From an uncultured Bacilli bacterium (GTDB taxonomy: Bacteria; Bacillota_I; Bacilli_A; RF39; UBA660), in the NCBI GenBank assembly GCA_934132925.1, contig CAKPAL010000001.1:1-58026 (forward strand): a stretch of 58,026 nt of DNA, given 5' to 3'. A program made the translations under genes and the position numbers. Numbering within the stretch: position 1 is the stretch's first letter; each line of letters starts with the position of its first letter. The notes beneath the pieces were generated by a model, which did no database searches, was not told the DNA's origin, and was given only the letters and a program-made list of their open reading frames with translations. This document shows positions 46,039-56,426 of the stretch, in pieces.

Positions 46039-47041
46039 TGAAAGTATAATTGATTTGGGTAGTTTTATAGAATATCCTCTTTTAACGGGGAAAGAGTTGT
46101 TTAAAGAAATAAATGATAAAGATAAGATTCGATTAAATAGTTGTAGAGCTGCTATTCTTCATTCAATGCGATGTTATGGTGTTAATAAAGTTTGGGTTGC
46201 TAAATATCAATGTGACGTTGTAAAAGAATTTTTATTACGTAATGGAGTTGAAGTTTTTGAGTATGACATTGATTTGAATTTCAATCCATTATTATCATCA
46301 AATAATTCTGATACTGCTATAGTACTTACAAATTATTTTGGTATTCTTGGTGATAGTCACTTTGATCCCTTGATAGAACAATATACGAATATTATAATAG
46401 ATAATGCGCAAGCTTTATTCTATCATCCAAAGAGTAATTGTTTGAATTGTTATTCTCCTAGAAAATTTGTTGCTACTCCTGATGGTGCATATGTTATTGG
46501 TAAAAATGTTAATAATAAATTTAATTATGTTCAGGATGTTTCTTCAGATACAAGCCAATTTTTATTTATGAGATATGAATATGGATGTAATGGTGCAGGT
46601 TATAAAAATAAAAAGGATAATGATTATAGAATAGACAATTCAAATGTTTTGTTGATGTCAAAGTTAACATATAAATTACTTGATTCTTTTGATTATAATG
46701 ATATTATTAATAAAAGAAAAATTAACTTTAATTATGCTAGAAAATTATTTGATGAAATTAATGCAATTGATATAGCTAATATTTGTGATCCTGATTGCGT
46801 ACCTATGGGATATCCTTTATTAATAGATAAAGCAGATATTATTTCTGAATTTCATAAGAATCATATATACCAAGCAAGATATTGGGAATATATGTTGAGT
46901 GCATATGATAAAGATTGTTTAGAATATAGATTGGCTAGTAGATTGGCACTTGTTTGTATAGACCAAAGATATTCGAAAAAAGAAATTGACTATCAATTTG
47001 AAATTATTAAAAAATTGTTAAATGATAAAGGAGGTAAATAA
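46028..47041 (+). CDS. DegT/WecE-like PLP-fold protein (tentative)
   Basis: The pattern NSCRAAILHSM...VWVAKYQCDVV...IVLTNYFG...IIIDNAQA...YSPRKFV resembles fold-type-I sugar aminotransferases. This is weak recognition by eye. Confidence 0.35.
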   Translation: MKNNESIIDLGSFIEYPLLTGKELFKEINDKDKIRLNSCRAAILHSMRCYGVNKVWVAKYQCDVVKEFLLRNGVEVFEYDIDLNFNPLLSSNNSDTAIVLTNYFGILGDSHFDPLIEQYTNIIIDNAQALFYHPKSNCLNCYSPRKFVATPDGAYVIGKNVNNKFNYVQDVSSDTSQFLFMRYEYGCNGAGYKNKKDNDYRIDNSNVLLMSKLTYKLLDSFDYNDIINKRKINFNYARKLFDEINAIDIANICDPDCVPMGYPLLIDKADIISEFHKNHIYQARYWEYMLSAYDKDCLEYRLASRLALVCIDQRYSKKEIDYQFEIIKKLLNDKGGK

Positions 47042-48099
47042 TGTATTATTTAAACAAAAATATTAAAGATTTAGATAGAATTTTTGATCAACATAAAAGA
47101 AGGGGATATTTAAGATTGGATTTAAATGAAAATCCTACTGGTTTACCACAGGATTTTATAGATAAAGTATTAAAAGGTGTAGATGCTGAATTTATTTCGC
47201 AATATCCTGAAACTTTAGAATTTACAGAAACACTTGCAGATTATCTAGGCACTGATATAGCCCATATTAATTTAGTAAATGGCTCTTCTGAGGGAATTAG
47301 AAACATAATAGAGGCATATACTTCAGAGGAAGGAAAAATACTTGGTGTTACTCCTTCTTATGCGATGTTTGAAGTTTATTCAAAAATGTATGGAAGAAAT
47401 TTTATTCCAATCAAGTATACAGATGATTTAAAGATTGATATTGAAGATGTATTGGAAAAAATGACTAATGATATTGAATTAATAATAATTGTTAATCCAA
47501 ATAATCCTATAGGGAATGCTTTTACTAATGATGAAATGGAAAGAATTATCGACAAAGCTAAAGAAAACAAAATAACGGTTTTAATTGATGAAGCTTATTA
47601 TTATTTTTATGATAATACATTTATTAATTATGCTTTAGAAAATGAACATATATTTTTGACTCGTACTTTTTCAAAATTATTTTCTCTTGCTGGATGCAGA
47701 CTTGGATATGTTGTTGGATGGCCAGAGGGGATTAAAATGATTCAGAAATTGTGCACACCTCATAATGTAAATGCGTTTGGAATGAGATTTGCTAAAGCAA
47801 TAATTGAAGAACCGAATATGATTCAGGAACTTATTGATAAGCATAAGGAAGGTAGAGAGTATTTAACCAGTTTTTTATCTGAAAACAATTATAGTTTTAG
47901 TGCTTTGAATGGAAATTTTATGTTTGTTAAACCTAAGACTGATCCTGAACTTTTGGTTAAAAAAATGAAAGATGAGAAGCATATTTTGATTAAAGTATAT
48001 AATGGTATAGGTAATCTTGGAAAATGTTTGCGTATTACTACTGGTGAAAAAAGCGCTATGATTGAATTTGTAAACGCTTTAAAGGAACTAGATAATTAA
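47041..48099 (+). CDS. class I/II (HisC/CobD-like) pyridoxal-phosphate aminotransferase or decarboxylase
   Basis: Motifs LDLNENP, NPNNPIGN, DEAYYYF and FSKLFSLAGCRLGY. Confidence 0.8.
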   Translation: MYYLNKNIKDLDRIFDQHKRRGYLRLDLNENPTGLPQDFIDKVLKGVDAEFISQYPETLEFTETLADYLGTDIAHINLVNGSSEGIRNIIEAYTSEEGKILGVTPSYAMFEVYSKMYGRNFIPIKYTDDLKIDIEDVLEKMTNDIELIIIVNPNNPIGNAFTNDEMERIIDKAKENKITVLIDEAYYYFYDNTFINYALENEHIFLTRTFSKLFSLAGCRLGYVVGWPEGIKMIQKLCTPHNVNAFGMRFAKAIIEEPNMIQELIDKHKEGREYLTSFLSENNYSFSALNGNFMFVKPKTDPELLVKKMKDEKHILIKVYNGIGNLGKCLRITTGEKSAMIEFVNALKELDN

Positions 48100-48194
48100 A
48101 AATTGAAAGATTAAATATTTTATTTAGTCTTTTTTGAATATAATTGAAAAAAAAATCTATATATGATAAAATATTAGTAGAAAAGGAGTATAAA

Positions 48195-49043
48195 ATGAAT
48201 GATAAAACGTTAAGAAAATTGCAATTAACTGAATTAGACATGTTAGTTAAGATTGATAAGATTTGTAGAGATAATAACATTAATTACTTTTTAATTGGTG
48301 GTACGCTTATTGGCGCTGTTAGACATAAGGGATTCATACCTTGGGATGATGATATAGATATTGGAATGATACGATCTGATTATGAAAGATTTATTAATCT
48401 TTGTATTAATGAAAATGTATTAGGTAATGATTATTTTTTAGATTGTAATGAATCTGATGATGATTACTTTATACCTTTTATAAAAATTAAAAAAAATAAT
48501 ACTACATTTGCTGAAAAAAGTCTTGATGGTATAGATATACACAAGGGAATCTTTTTAGATGTTTTTCCTTATGATAATGTTCCAAAACAAGATTCTTTCG
48601 GTCAAAAAATACAAGCAATTGTAGTAAGAAATATTCAATATGCAATATATGTAAAATATCATGTATATAAATTAAAAGACAAGAGAAGGAAAATTTTTAC
48701 TTGGTTTTTGACATTGTTACCTGCTAGTACTTTGAAAAAATTAAATAAATATTTCTCAACTATATTTGAAAAAAATTCTAATAATAAGTATATAGTTTCA
48801 TTGGCTGGTTCTTCCCCTTACTATGAAGAAACTCTTTTAAAAGAAAAACTTTTCCCTTTGAAAAAAATTAAATTTGAAGATCATGACTTTTTTGCATTTA
48901 AAAATAATGATTATTATTTAAGTCAACTTTATGGTGATTATATGCAATTACCTCCTGTGGAAGAAAGAATGAATCACAATCCTGTTTGTATTGATTTTAA
49001 TAGTGGAAAGTGTCAAGTTAATAGAAGTAAAAAACAAAGATAA
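48195..49043 (+). CDS. licD: LicD-family phosphotransferase
   Basis: I prefer the ATG at 48195 (RBS AAAGGAG). FLIGGTLIGAVRHKGFIPWDDDIDIGM and LDVFPYD motifs. Confidence 0.85.
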   Translation: MNDKTLRKLQLTELDMLVKIDKICRDNNINYFLIGGTLIGAVRHKGFIPWDDDIDIGMIRSDYERFINLCINENVLGNDYFLDCNESDDDYFIPFIKIKKNNTTFAEKSLDGIDIHKGIFLDVFPYDNVPKQDSFGQKIQAIVVRNIQYAIYVKYHVYKLKDKRRKIFTWFLTLLPASTLKKLNKYFSTIFEKNSNNKYIVSLAGSSPYYEETLLKEKLFPLKKIKFEDHDFFAFKNNDYYLSQLYGDYMQLPPVEERMNHNPVCIDFNSGKCQVNRSKKQR

Positions 49044-49084
49044 ATGAATAAAAGAGCATTATAGTATAAGAAAGGAAGTGCTTT

Positions 49085-50029
49085 ATGCCAAAAGTAAGTG
49101 TCATTGTTCCGGTATACAATGTTGAAAATTATATTGATAAGTGTTTAACTAGCTTGATTAATCAGACACTTAAAGATATTGAAATTATAATAATTAATGA
49201 TGGAAGTACAGATAATAGTCAAATTATTATAAATAAATATGCTAAAAAATATAAGCGTATTAAAAGTTATACTCAAGAAAATAAAGGACAAGCTGCTGCG
49301 AGAAATTTTGGATTAACAAAAAGTATTGCTGAATATATTACTTTTGTTGATAGTGATGATTATATTGAAAATACAATGCTTGAGAAACTATATAATGAAA
49401 TTATTAAAAATGATTATGATATAATTGTCAGTGATATCATAAAAGAGACTACTAATGGTACTTCTTTGTTTAAAAATTTTTGGGTTATAAAAGATGAAAT
49501 GAATAAGAATTTTATGACATCACATATGGGACCAGTTGCTAGGTTGTATAAGAGAAAACTTTTAATTGATAATAATTTTAAATTTTTAGAAGGAGTTATT
49601 TATGAAGATTTAGCATCAATACCAATCCTTGGTATGTATACCAACAAAATTGGATATATAGAGGAGGCTTTTTATCATTATCTTATTAGAGATGGTTCGA
49701 GTATGAAACAGGTTACTTATAATAAGAAAATGGAAGATATATTTATAGTTATGAATAATCTTTCCGATAAAATAACTGTTGAGTATAGTGATGAATTGGA
49801 GTATTTGTATATTGAGCATTTATTGTATGGTGCTTCTCTTAGATTTGTACAATTTGATAAATATAATATGCTTTTAAGAATTAGAAATATTATGCACGAA
49901 AAATATAGTAAATACTATGAAAATGTATATTATAAAAATAAAAGTTTTAAGTTTAGACTAATATGTTTTTTAGCATATCATGGATATTACAAATCCATTA
50001 AATATTTGAAAAGGATTGGTGGTAAATAG
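49085..50029 (+). CDS. family-2 glycosyltransferase
   Basis: Motifs VSVIVPVYNVENYIDKCL, INDGSTDNS and FVDSDDY. Confidence 0.9.
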   Translation: MPKVSVIVPVYNVENYIDKCLTSLINQTLKDIEIIIINDGSTDNSQIIINKYAKKYKRIKSYTQENKGQAAARNFGLTKSIAEYITFVDSDDYIENTMLEKLYNEIIKNDYDIIVSDIIKETTNGTSLFKNFWVIKDEMNKNFMTSHMGPVARLYKRKLLIDNNFKFLEGVIYEDLASIPILGMYTNKIGYIEEAFYHYLIRDGSSMKQVTYNKKMEDIFIVMNNLSDKITVEYSDELEYLYIEHLLYGASLRFVQFDKYNMLLRIRNIMHEKYSKYYENVYYKNKSFKFRLICFLAYHGYYKSIKYLKRIGGK

Positions 50030-50994
50030 TGATCAAGTTAAGTATTATAGTTCCTGTGTATAATGTCGAAAAATATTTGGATAGGTGTTTGGATAGTTTG
50101 GTTAATCAAACTCTTGAAAATATTGAAATAATAGTAGTTAATGATGGTAGTCCTGACAATAGTCAGAAAATAATTGATAAATATGCTAATAAGTTTTCAA
50201 ATGTAAAGCCTTATATTAAGAGGAATGGTGGAATATCTGATGCTAGAAATTTTGGTATTAAACATGCAAATGGTGAATATATAGCATTTGTTGATAGTGA
50301 TGATTATGTTGATAAAACAATGTTTGAAAAAATGTATAATAAAGCTAAAGAAAATTCTTTTGATATTGTTGAGTGCAATTTACAAATGGTTGATGATGAT
50401 GGAAAACTGATGAGATATGTTACGCCAGCATTAAAAGAGGATATTTATTATACTAATGACTTAAAAAAATATATGATTAATATGTATACTTCCGTTTGGA
50501 ATAAAATTTACAAAAAAACTTTATTTGATAATGAAGTTAGATTTAAAAGAAATGTTTGGTTTGAAGATGTTGAGTTTTTATATAAGATAATTCCTTATGT
50601 GAAAACTATCGGATTTGTTCATGAGAATTTATATTATTATGTGCAGAGAGAAGGTTCTATTACTAAAACATTTGATGATAGATTGTATTGTTATATTGAT
50701 AATTGGAATGGTATAGTAGAATTTTATAAGGAAAAAGGATTATATGATAATTATTATAGTGAAATAGAGTATTCTTATGTAAGATATCTTTATGCAACTT
50801 TTATTAAGCAGTCATCAAATTATAAGAGTAAGATTGATTTTGATAATGCTGTTAAAGCTGCTAAACAAAATGTTAAACAAATATTTCCAAAATATAGACA
50901 TAATAAATATTTTTATACTAATTTAAAAGGAATATATTTATTATTGTTTAATAAATTTTTTGCTAGTATTATTTTTTTGGTTGGGAGAGTATAA
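50029..50994 (+). CDS. family-2 glycosyltransferase (paralog of the preceding gene)
   Basis: Motifs LSIIVPVYNVEKYLDRCL, VNDGSPDNS and FVDSDDY. The GTG start overlaps the upstream stop. Confidence 0.9.
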   Translation: MIKLSIIVPVYNVEKYLDRCLDSLVNQTLENIEIIVVNDGSPDNSQKIIDKYANKFSNVKPYIKRNGGISDARNFGIKHANGEYIAFVDSDDYVDKTMFEKMYNKAKENSFDIVECNLQMVDDDGKLMRYVTPALKEDIYYTNDLKKYMINMYTSVWNKIYKKTLFDNEVRFKRNVWFEDVEFLYKIIPYVKTIGFVHENLYYYVQREGSITKTFDDRLYCYIDNWNGIVEFYKEKGLYDNYYSEIEYSYVRYLYATFIKQSSNYKSKIDFDNAVKAAKQNVKQIFPKYRHNKYFYTNLKGIYLLLFNKFFASIIFLVGRV

Positions 50995-50996
50995 AG

Positions 50997-51848
50997 ATGA
51001 GTATGGGTTTTAAAAAGATAGATGATGAAACATTGGGTAAATTGAAGAAAACAGAACTTGAAATTTTGAATGAAATAGATAGAATATGTAAAAAAAATAA
51101 TATTAGTTTTTTTCTTATAGGTGGAACACTATTAGGTGCTGTGCGTCATAATGGATTTATCCCATGGGATGATGATTTGGATATTGGAATGATGAGAGAT
51201 GATTTTGTAAAATTTTCCTCTATAGTTAGAAGTGAGTTAGATAGCAAATATTTTTTTGATTATTTTAATACTGATAAAAATTATCATTTACCATTCGCAA
51301 AGATAAGAAAAAATGGTACCACTTTTAATGAAGAAAGTTCTAAAGACCTTAATAATCACAAAGGAATATTTGTTGATATTTTTCCTTATGATTATACTGA
51401 TGATAATTTTAAAAGAAGTTATATAAAGGCTGCAATCATTCAAGTTTTATCAGATACAGTTTTGGTAAAAAAGAAGATAATTAATATTTGTTCTTGCAGA
51501 CATAAGTTTTTATCTGCTATTTGTTGTATATTTACCTCACATTTTTTGTTGTGGTTTATTGATTTTTTCTCTAGAAAATTTAATGGTAAAAAAAATATGT
51601 ATACTCATGTTGTTTGCTTTAACTCTTTGATTAATTTAAAAAAAGATTATTTTTTGATTGATGACATTTTTCCTTTAAAAGCAGTGCTTTTTGAGGGTAA
51701 AAAATATAATGGATTAAATGATAATGATAAGTTTTTAACTATGCAGTATGGAGATTACATGAAACTTCCTCCAAAGGAAGAACGAGTTAATCATATGGCT
51801 TTGGATATATCTTTTAACCAGGGAATAACAATGACAAATAGAAAGTGA
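50997..51848 (+). CDS. licD: LicD-family phosphotransferase (second copy)
   Basis: FLIGGTLLGAVRHNGFIPWDDDLDIGM and VDIFPYD motifs. Confidence 0.85.
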   Translation: MSMGFKKIDDETLGKLKKTELEILNEIDRICKKNNISFFLIGGTLLGAVRHNGFIPWDDDLDIGMMRDDFVKFSSIVRSELDSKYFFDYFNTDKNYHLPFAKIRKNGTTFNEESSKDLNNHKGIFVDIFPYDYTDDNFKRSYIKAAIIQVLSDTVLVKKKIINICSCRHKFLSAICCIFTSHFLLWFIDFFSRKFNGKKNMYTHVVCFNSLINLKKDYFLIDDIFPLKAVLFEGKKYNGLNDNDKFLTMQYGDYMKLPPKEERVNHMALDISFNQGITMTNRK

Positions 51849-51858
51849 TGGAGATAAT

Positions 51859-52983
51859 ATGAAAAAAGTTTTAATTTTACAATTACTTGGTAAATCCTAT
51901 GGTGGTATTTGGCAAGTTAATAGGTTATTAGGAGAAGAACTAATAAAAAAGGGTTATAGTGTTGCTATCTTAAATCTTAGGGATAATAAGGTTGATTTAA
52001 ATGAAAATTATGATAGAAAATTAATTGTTGATACTATAAATAAAGTCGATGATTGGGACTATCCTTTGAAGTCTTCAGTTCTTAAATTTAAAATTAGTAT
52101 ATTTACATATATCAGGCAAATCAGGAAGATAAATACTGATTATAAGAAGATGGGTATTTTTATAGAAAATTATGATCCTGATTATATTATTGTTTCACAT
52201 TATTTATTATTGAATGCAATCCCTAACAAATATTTAGAAAAAACAATTTATCAGCAACATTCTTCTGCTGATTATGCTTTTAGTCAAAGAGGCAATAAAA
52301 GAACTCTATTTAAATTTAATAACAAAGTTAGATTCCTTTGGCTTAGCAAAGCTTCATGTGAAAAGGCAATTGCCAATGGTTTAAGTAATTGTTATTATAT
52401 TTATAATGCAGTTAGGTTTAATAGCAAGTTAAAATCTAATGTTGTGTCGAATAAAAAACTGGTAACTATTGCTAGGCTTTCATATGAAAAAAGAATTGAT
52501 TTGATGATAGATATTGTTAATGAACTTTTTTCTGATAATGATTCTTTAAATGGTTGGGTTTTTGAAATTTATGGTGACGGAGATATGTTGAATAAATTAT
52601 TAGAAAAAACGTATGATAAAAATAGAATAAAAATTATGGGTGTTACCGATAATCCAAAAGAAGTATTATTAGGTTCATCAATCAATTTGAACACTTCATT
52701 GTTTGAGGGATTTAGTCTATCAATATTAGAAGCCAATGAATGTGGTGTTCCTACAGTATCATTTAATTTTGGTGAGTCAGCATCGGAACAAATTATAAAT
52801 AATAAAACTGGTATTATCGCTGATAATATTGTCGATTATAAACAAAAATTGTTAAATTTAATGGTTGATGATAAGTACTTGGAGAAAATGTCTTATGAAT
52901 GTAAAAAATATAATGACAATTTTAAAATGAATAAGATTATTAATGATTGGATTTTGTTATTTGCTAGTATTGATAATAAGTAA
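51859..52983 (+). CDS. GT-B fold (family 4-like) glycosyltransferase
   Basis: The C-terminal part has TSLFEGFSLSILEANECGVPTVS, an E-x7-E-type motif. Confidence 0.8.
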   Translation: MKKVLILQLLGKSYGGIWQVNRLLGEELIKKGYSVAILNLRDNKVDLNENYDRKLIVDTINKVDDWDYPLKSSVLKFKISIFTYIRQIRKINTDYKKMGIFIENYDPDYIIVSHYLLLNAIPNKYLEKTIYQQHSSADYAFSQRGNKRTLFKFNNKVRFLWLSKASCEKAIANGLSNCYYIYNAVRFNSKLKSNVVSNKKLVTIARLSYEKRIDLMIDIVNELFSDNDSLNGWVFEIYGDGDMLNKLLEKTYDKNRIKIMGVTDNPKEVLLGSSINLNTSLFEGFSLSILEANECGVPTVSFNFGESASEQIINNKTGIIADNIVDYKQKLLNLMVDDKYLEKMSYECKKYNDNFKMNKIINDWILLFASIDNK

Positions 52984-53068
52984 ATATTTAAATTAAAACT
53001 TTACTTATCTTTTGATTTATTATATAATTAGTATTGGTTATTTATATATTGAGAGTTGGTGTTTAATT

Positions 53069-54655
53069 ATGTTAAAAAAAATTGATAAAGCAAAAGTTGT
53101 TAATATTTCTAAAGTTGTTGTTACAATTTTATTGTTAATTCAACCAATTTTTGATGTTATTAGAGCAAGTAGTATTCATGATATTCAAATATTTGGTTTT
53201 TCTCTATTAGAAATTGTTAATATTATCTTAGTTCTTGTTCTTGGGTGCTTATCAATATTATGTGGTAATGGTAAAAAAAGATTTTTTAGATATTTTATTT
53301 TTGCTCTTATATTTTTTATATATTTTGCTCTTCATTGTTATAATATGACCTTGTTTGATGAAAGTATATACCCTAATCATACTTTGAATTTTGCAAAGGA
53401 ATTCTATTATTTGTATAAAACATTTATTAATCCTTTGATCTTGATGATGAGTTTATATTATTTAAATGTTGACAAAAATTATTTATTAAAAATTATTAGA
53501 ATTTTTTCTTTAATGATTAGTGTACCAATTATTTTAGGCGATATTTTTGGTTTCGGTTATGCTGCATATGGTGAAAATGGTGCTAGATGTTTAAAATCAA
53601 TTTTTGATTGGTTTGGTTTTGATAATAAATATAGTTTATCTTTTTATGAACTTACTTGTATGGGACCTTATTTTTCGGCTAATCAATTATCATCGATAAC
53701 TTTTATGATATTGCCGATACTATTTTATTCTGCTTATGAAGAAAAAAAATTAATTAATTATATTGAATTATGTAGTATGATTTTGTGTATGTATATGATT
53801 GGTACTAAGGTTTCTACATATGGTGTAATTGCGGTTTTCATTATGTTTTTTGCATTATATATATTTTTCCTTTTGTATAATAGATATAAAAAGAATGGAA
53901 TTAAATTGAACAATGTAAAAAAAATTTGTATAATAATGATTGCTAGTTTAATTTTGTTTAATTTTTGCCCTAGGAGATATGAAATGAAATTTGATAATAA
54001 TGACATTTCTTCAGTAAAACGTATTGAAAATAATTTGAAAGCAAATGAGGAGGATTCGGCAGTTTTTGCTGAAAAATGGAATAGTATAAAGAAAGTAAAT
54101 TGTTATGAAATGAGTAATGATGAAGAAGATGACTTTTTGAGTTTTTTTGATAATTATAGTGATTATATGGGAGTGTCAGATTTTATTATAAATTCATATG
54201 GTGCCAATAATAATCCTGAATTTTGGTGTAATTATTTACAAACTTCTAGTGATAACGATTATAGAAAACTAAAAACATCAATATTAAGGGAAATATATAT
54301 TGATAATAATAATTCATTAGATAAATATTTTGGCCTTGGATATAATTTAAATTATATATATACTGAATCTGATTATAGTTATCAATTCTATAGTTATGGT
54401 ATTGTTGGATGTTTGTTATTTATTGGTGGTTATTTTGCGGTTATTTGTTATTCTGCTTATATGATGTTGAAAAATAAAAAAGAACTGTTTAATTTTAGAA
54501 ATTTGTTATTTTTATCTTCACCATCTTTGGCACTATTTACAGCTGCCTTTTCTGGACATGTTATTGAAAGAACTATGCCATTACTCACTTTATCAATATT
54601 GTGTAGTTTAATTCTGTTGGTTGTTAGAGAATCTATTCGAGATGTAAATGATTGA
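53069..54655 (+). CDS. wzy: O-antigen polymerase/ligase-like polytopic membrane protein (Wzy-like)
   Basis: I prefer the ATG at 53069. About 10-12 TM helices with a large extracytoplasmic loop. Position inside the cluster supports the call. Confidence 0.5.
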   Translation: MLKKIDKAKVVNISKVVVTILLLIQPIFDVIRASSIHDIQIFGFSLLEIVNIILVLVLGCLSILCGNGKKRFFRYFIFALIFFIYFALHCYNMTLFDESIYPNHTLNFAKEFYYLYKTFINPLILMMSLYYLNVDKNYLLKIIRIFSLMISVPIILGDIFGFGYAAYGENGARCLKSIFDWFGFDNKYSLSFYELTCMGPYFSANQLSSITFMILPILFYSAYEEKKLINYIELCSMILCMYMIGTKVSTYGVIAVFIMFFALYIFFLLYNRYKKNGIKLNNVKKICIIMIASLILFNFCPRRYEMKFDNNDISSVKRIENNLKANEEDSAVFAEKWNSIKKVNCYEMSNDEEDDFLSFFDNYSDYMGVSDFIINSYGANNNPEFWCNYLQTSSDNDYRKLKTSILREIYIDNNNSLDKYFGLGYNLNYIYTESDYSYQFYSYGIVGCLLFIGGYFAVICYSAYMMLKNKKELFNFRNLLFLSSPSLALFTAAFSGHVIERTMPLLTLSILCSLILLVVRESIRDVND

Positions 54656-54673
54656 GATGTATGGAGATTTGTT

Positions 54674-55939
54674 ATGAGAAAGAGAAAAAATAAAAAAAAT
54701 ATGTTTGTAATTATAGTATCGCTTATTATAGTGTTGTGCATAGGTGGTTATTTTGGATATAATTATTTTTATGAAAAAAATAATATGTTGAATGAAAAAG
54801 ATATTGTTAAAAAAATTACTAGTCATTATAATGAATATGTTAAAACTAATGATGAGGTAAAAATTTATGATAAAAATGGTAATGAAACTGGTCTTATTGG
54901 TAAGGATGTAGAACTAAATCTTGATGAAATTGAAATTACTTCTGATACTAAATATTTTAAGATTAAAGATTTTGATGATGAGTATTATGTAAAATATCAA
55001 GATGTTGATAAAATAGATGCATTAACCTTATATAGCGATAGATATAAAAGTTATATATTATTTAATGAAAATATTGTTACTAATGATAAGACTTCCTTCT
55101 ATGATGAAAATAATAATTTAGTGTATACTTTTAATAAGTCTTTTGATTTACCAATTATTATTAAGGGTGATAATAGATATGGAATAGAGTTTAATAATAG
55201 ATTGTTATATGTTAAGAAAGATGAAATAAAAGAAACTAAAGAAAATAATAATACTGAATTAAAAAATGCTAATGGAGTTCCCGTTCTTAACTATCATTTT
55301 GCTTATGAAGATGATGATAAGACTTGTAATCAGGTAATTTGTCATTCTGCTAGTCAATTAAAAGAACATTTTTCTTATATTAAAGATAATAATTTCTTTA
55401 CACCTACAATGAAAGAACTTGAAATGTATATAGATAAAAAATTACAATTACCTCAAAAGAGTGTAGTTATTACATTTGATGATGGGTGGAGAGCAGATGT
55501 TGCAAGAAAATATGTTGATGAATATAAAATTAATGCGACTTTGTTTTTAATAACTAGTTGGTATGATAAGGAACAATTTGAGTCTGAGTATTTTGAAATT
55601 CATTCACATGGCGATAATATTCATAATGGAGGTCTTTGCAGTGGTGGACAGGGTGGAGAAATAAAATGTATGGATCACGATAAGTTGTTGACAGATTTAA
55701 AAACTAGTCGTGAAAAGTTAGATGGAAGTACAGTGTTCTGCTATCCGTTTTATGAATATAATGATTATAGTATCAAAGTACTTAAAGAAGCAGGTTTTAC
55801 AATGGCTTTTGCGGGAGAATATGCTGGTGGTAAAACAAAAGTAACACCTGGTATTGATAAATTTAGGCTTCCTAGGTGGGTAATAGTTAATTATACGACT
55901 AAAAAACAATTCATTAGTTATGTTAATGGAGGAGAGTAA
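54674..55939 (+). CDS. membrane-anchored polysaccharide deacetylase (NodB domain)
   Basis: N-terminal TM. ITFDDGW and EIHSHGDN motifs in the C-terminal half. Confidence 0.8.
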   Translation: MRKRKNKKNMFVIIVSLIIVLCIGGYFGYNYFYEKNNMLNEKDIVKKITSHYNEYVKTNDEVKIYDKNGNETGLIGKDVELNLDEIEITSDTKYFKIKDFDDEYYVKYQDVDKIDALTLYSDRYKSYILFNENIVTNDKTSFYDENNNLVYTFNKSFDLPIIIKGDNRYGIEFNNRLLYVKKDEIKETKENNNTELKNANGVPVLNYHFAYEDDDKTCNQVICHSASQLKEHFSYIKDNNFFTPTMKELEMYIDKKLQLPQKSVVITFDDGWRADVARKYVDEYKINATLFLITSWYDKEQFESEYFEIHSHGDNIHNGGLCSGGQGGEIKCMDHDKLLTDLKTSREKLDGSTVFCYPFYEYNDYSIKVLKEAGFTMAFAGEYAGGKTKVTPGIDKFRLPRWVIVNYTTKKQFISYVNGGE

Positions 55940-55940
55940 A

Positions 55941-56426
55941 ATGAAGAAAAAGAAAGTATTATTTATTTCTTCAACTGGTGGTCATTTAGAGGAATTGACA
56001 CAATTAAAAGAGTTATTTGACAAATATGATTATTATATTGTAACTGAAAGAACAAAATCAAATATGAGTTTGAAGAAAAAATATCCTAAAAGAGTATCGT
56101 ATTTGATATATGGTAGTTATACTACTTTGGGTAAAAAGATAATATATCCGTTTAAGTTATTATTAAATAGTTTCATATCATTATTTATATATATTAAGGT
56201 AAGACCTAAATATATAGTTTCGACTGGGGCTCATACTGCCGGTCCTATGTGTCTTATTGGCAAAATATTTGGCAGTAAAATAATATTTATAGAAACGTTT
56301 GCTAATTCTAAGACAAAGTCTAGAACAGGTAGTATAGTTTATAAGTTTGCTGATTTATTTATAGTTCAGTGGAAAGAAATGTTAGAACTATACCCTAATG
56401 CAACGTATGGAGGGTGGATTTTCTGA
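55941..56426 (+). CDS. Alg14-like membrane subunit of a two-part glycosyltransferase (PssD/Cps14F type)
   Basis: I prefer the ATG at 55941 (RBS GGAGGAGAG). VLFISSTGGHLEEL and STGAHTAGP motifs. Confidence 0.8.
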   Translation: MKKKKVLFISSTGGHLEELTQLKELFDKYDYYIVTERTKSNMSLKKKYPKRVSYLIYGSYTTLGKKIIYPFKLLLNSFISLFIYIKVRPKYIVSTGAHTAGPMCLIGKIFGSKIIFIETFANSKTKSRTGSIVYKFADLFIVQWKEMLELYPNATYGGWIF

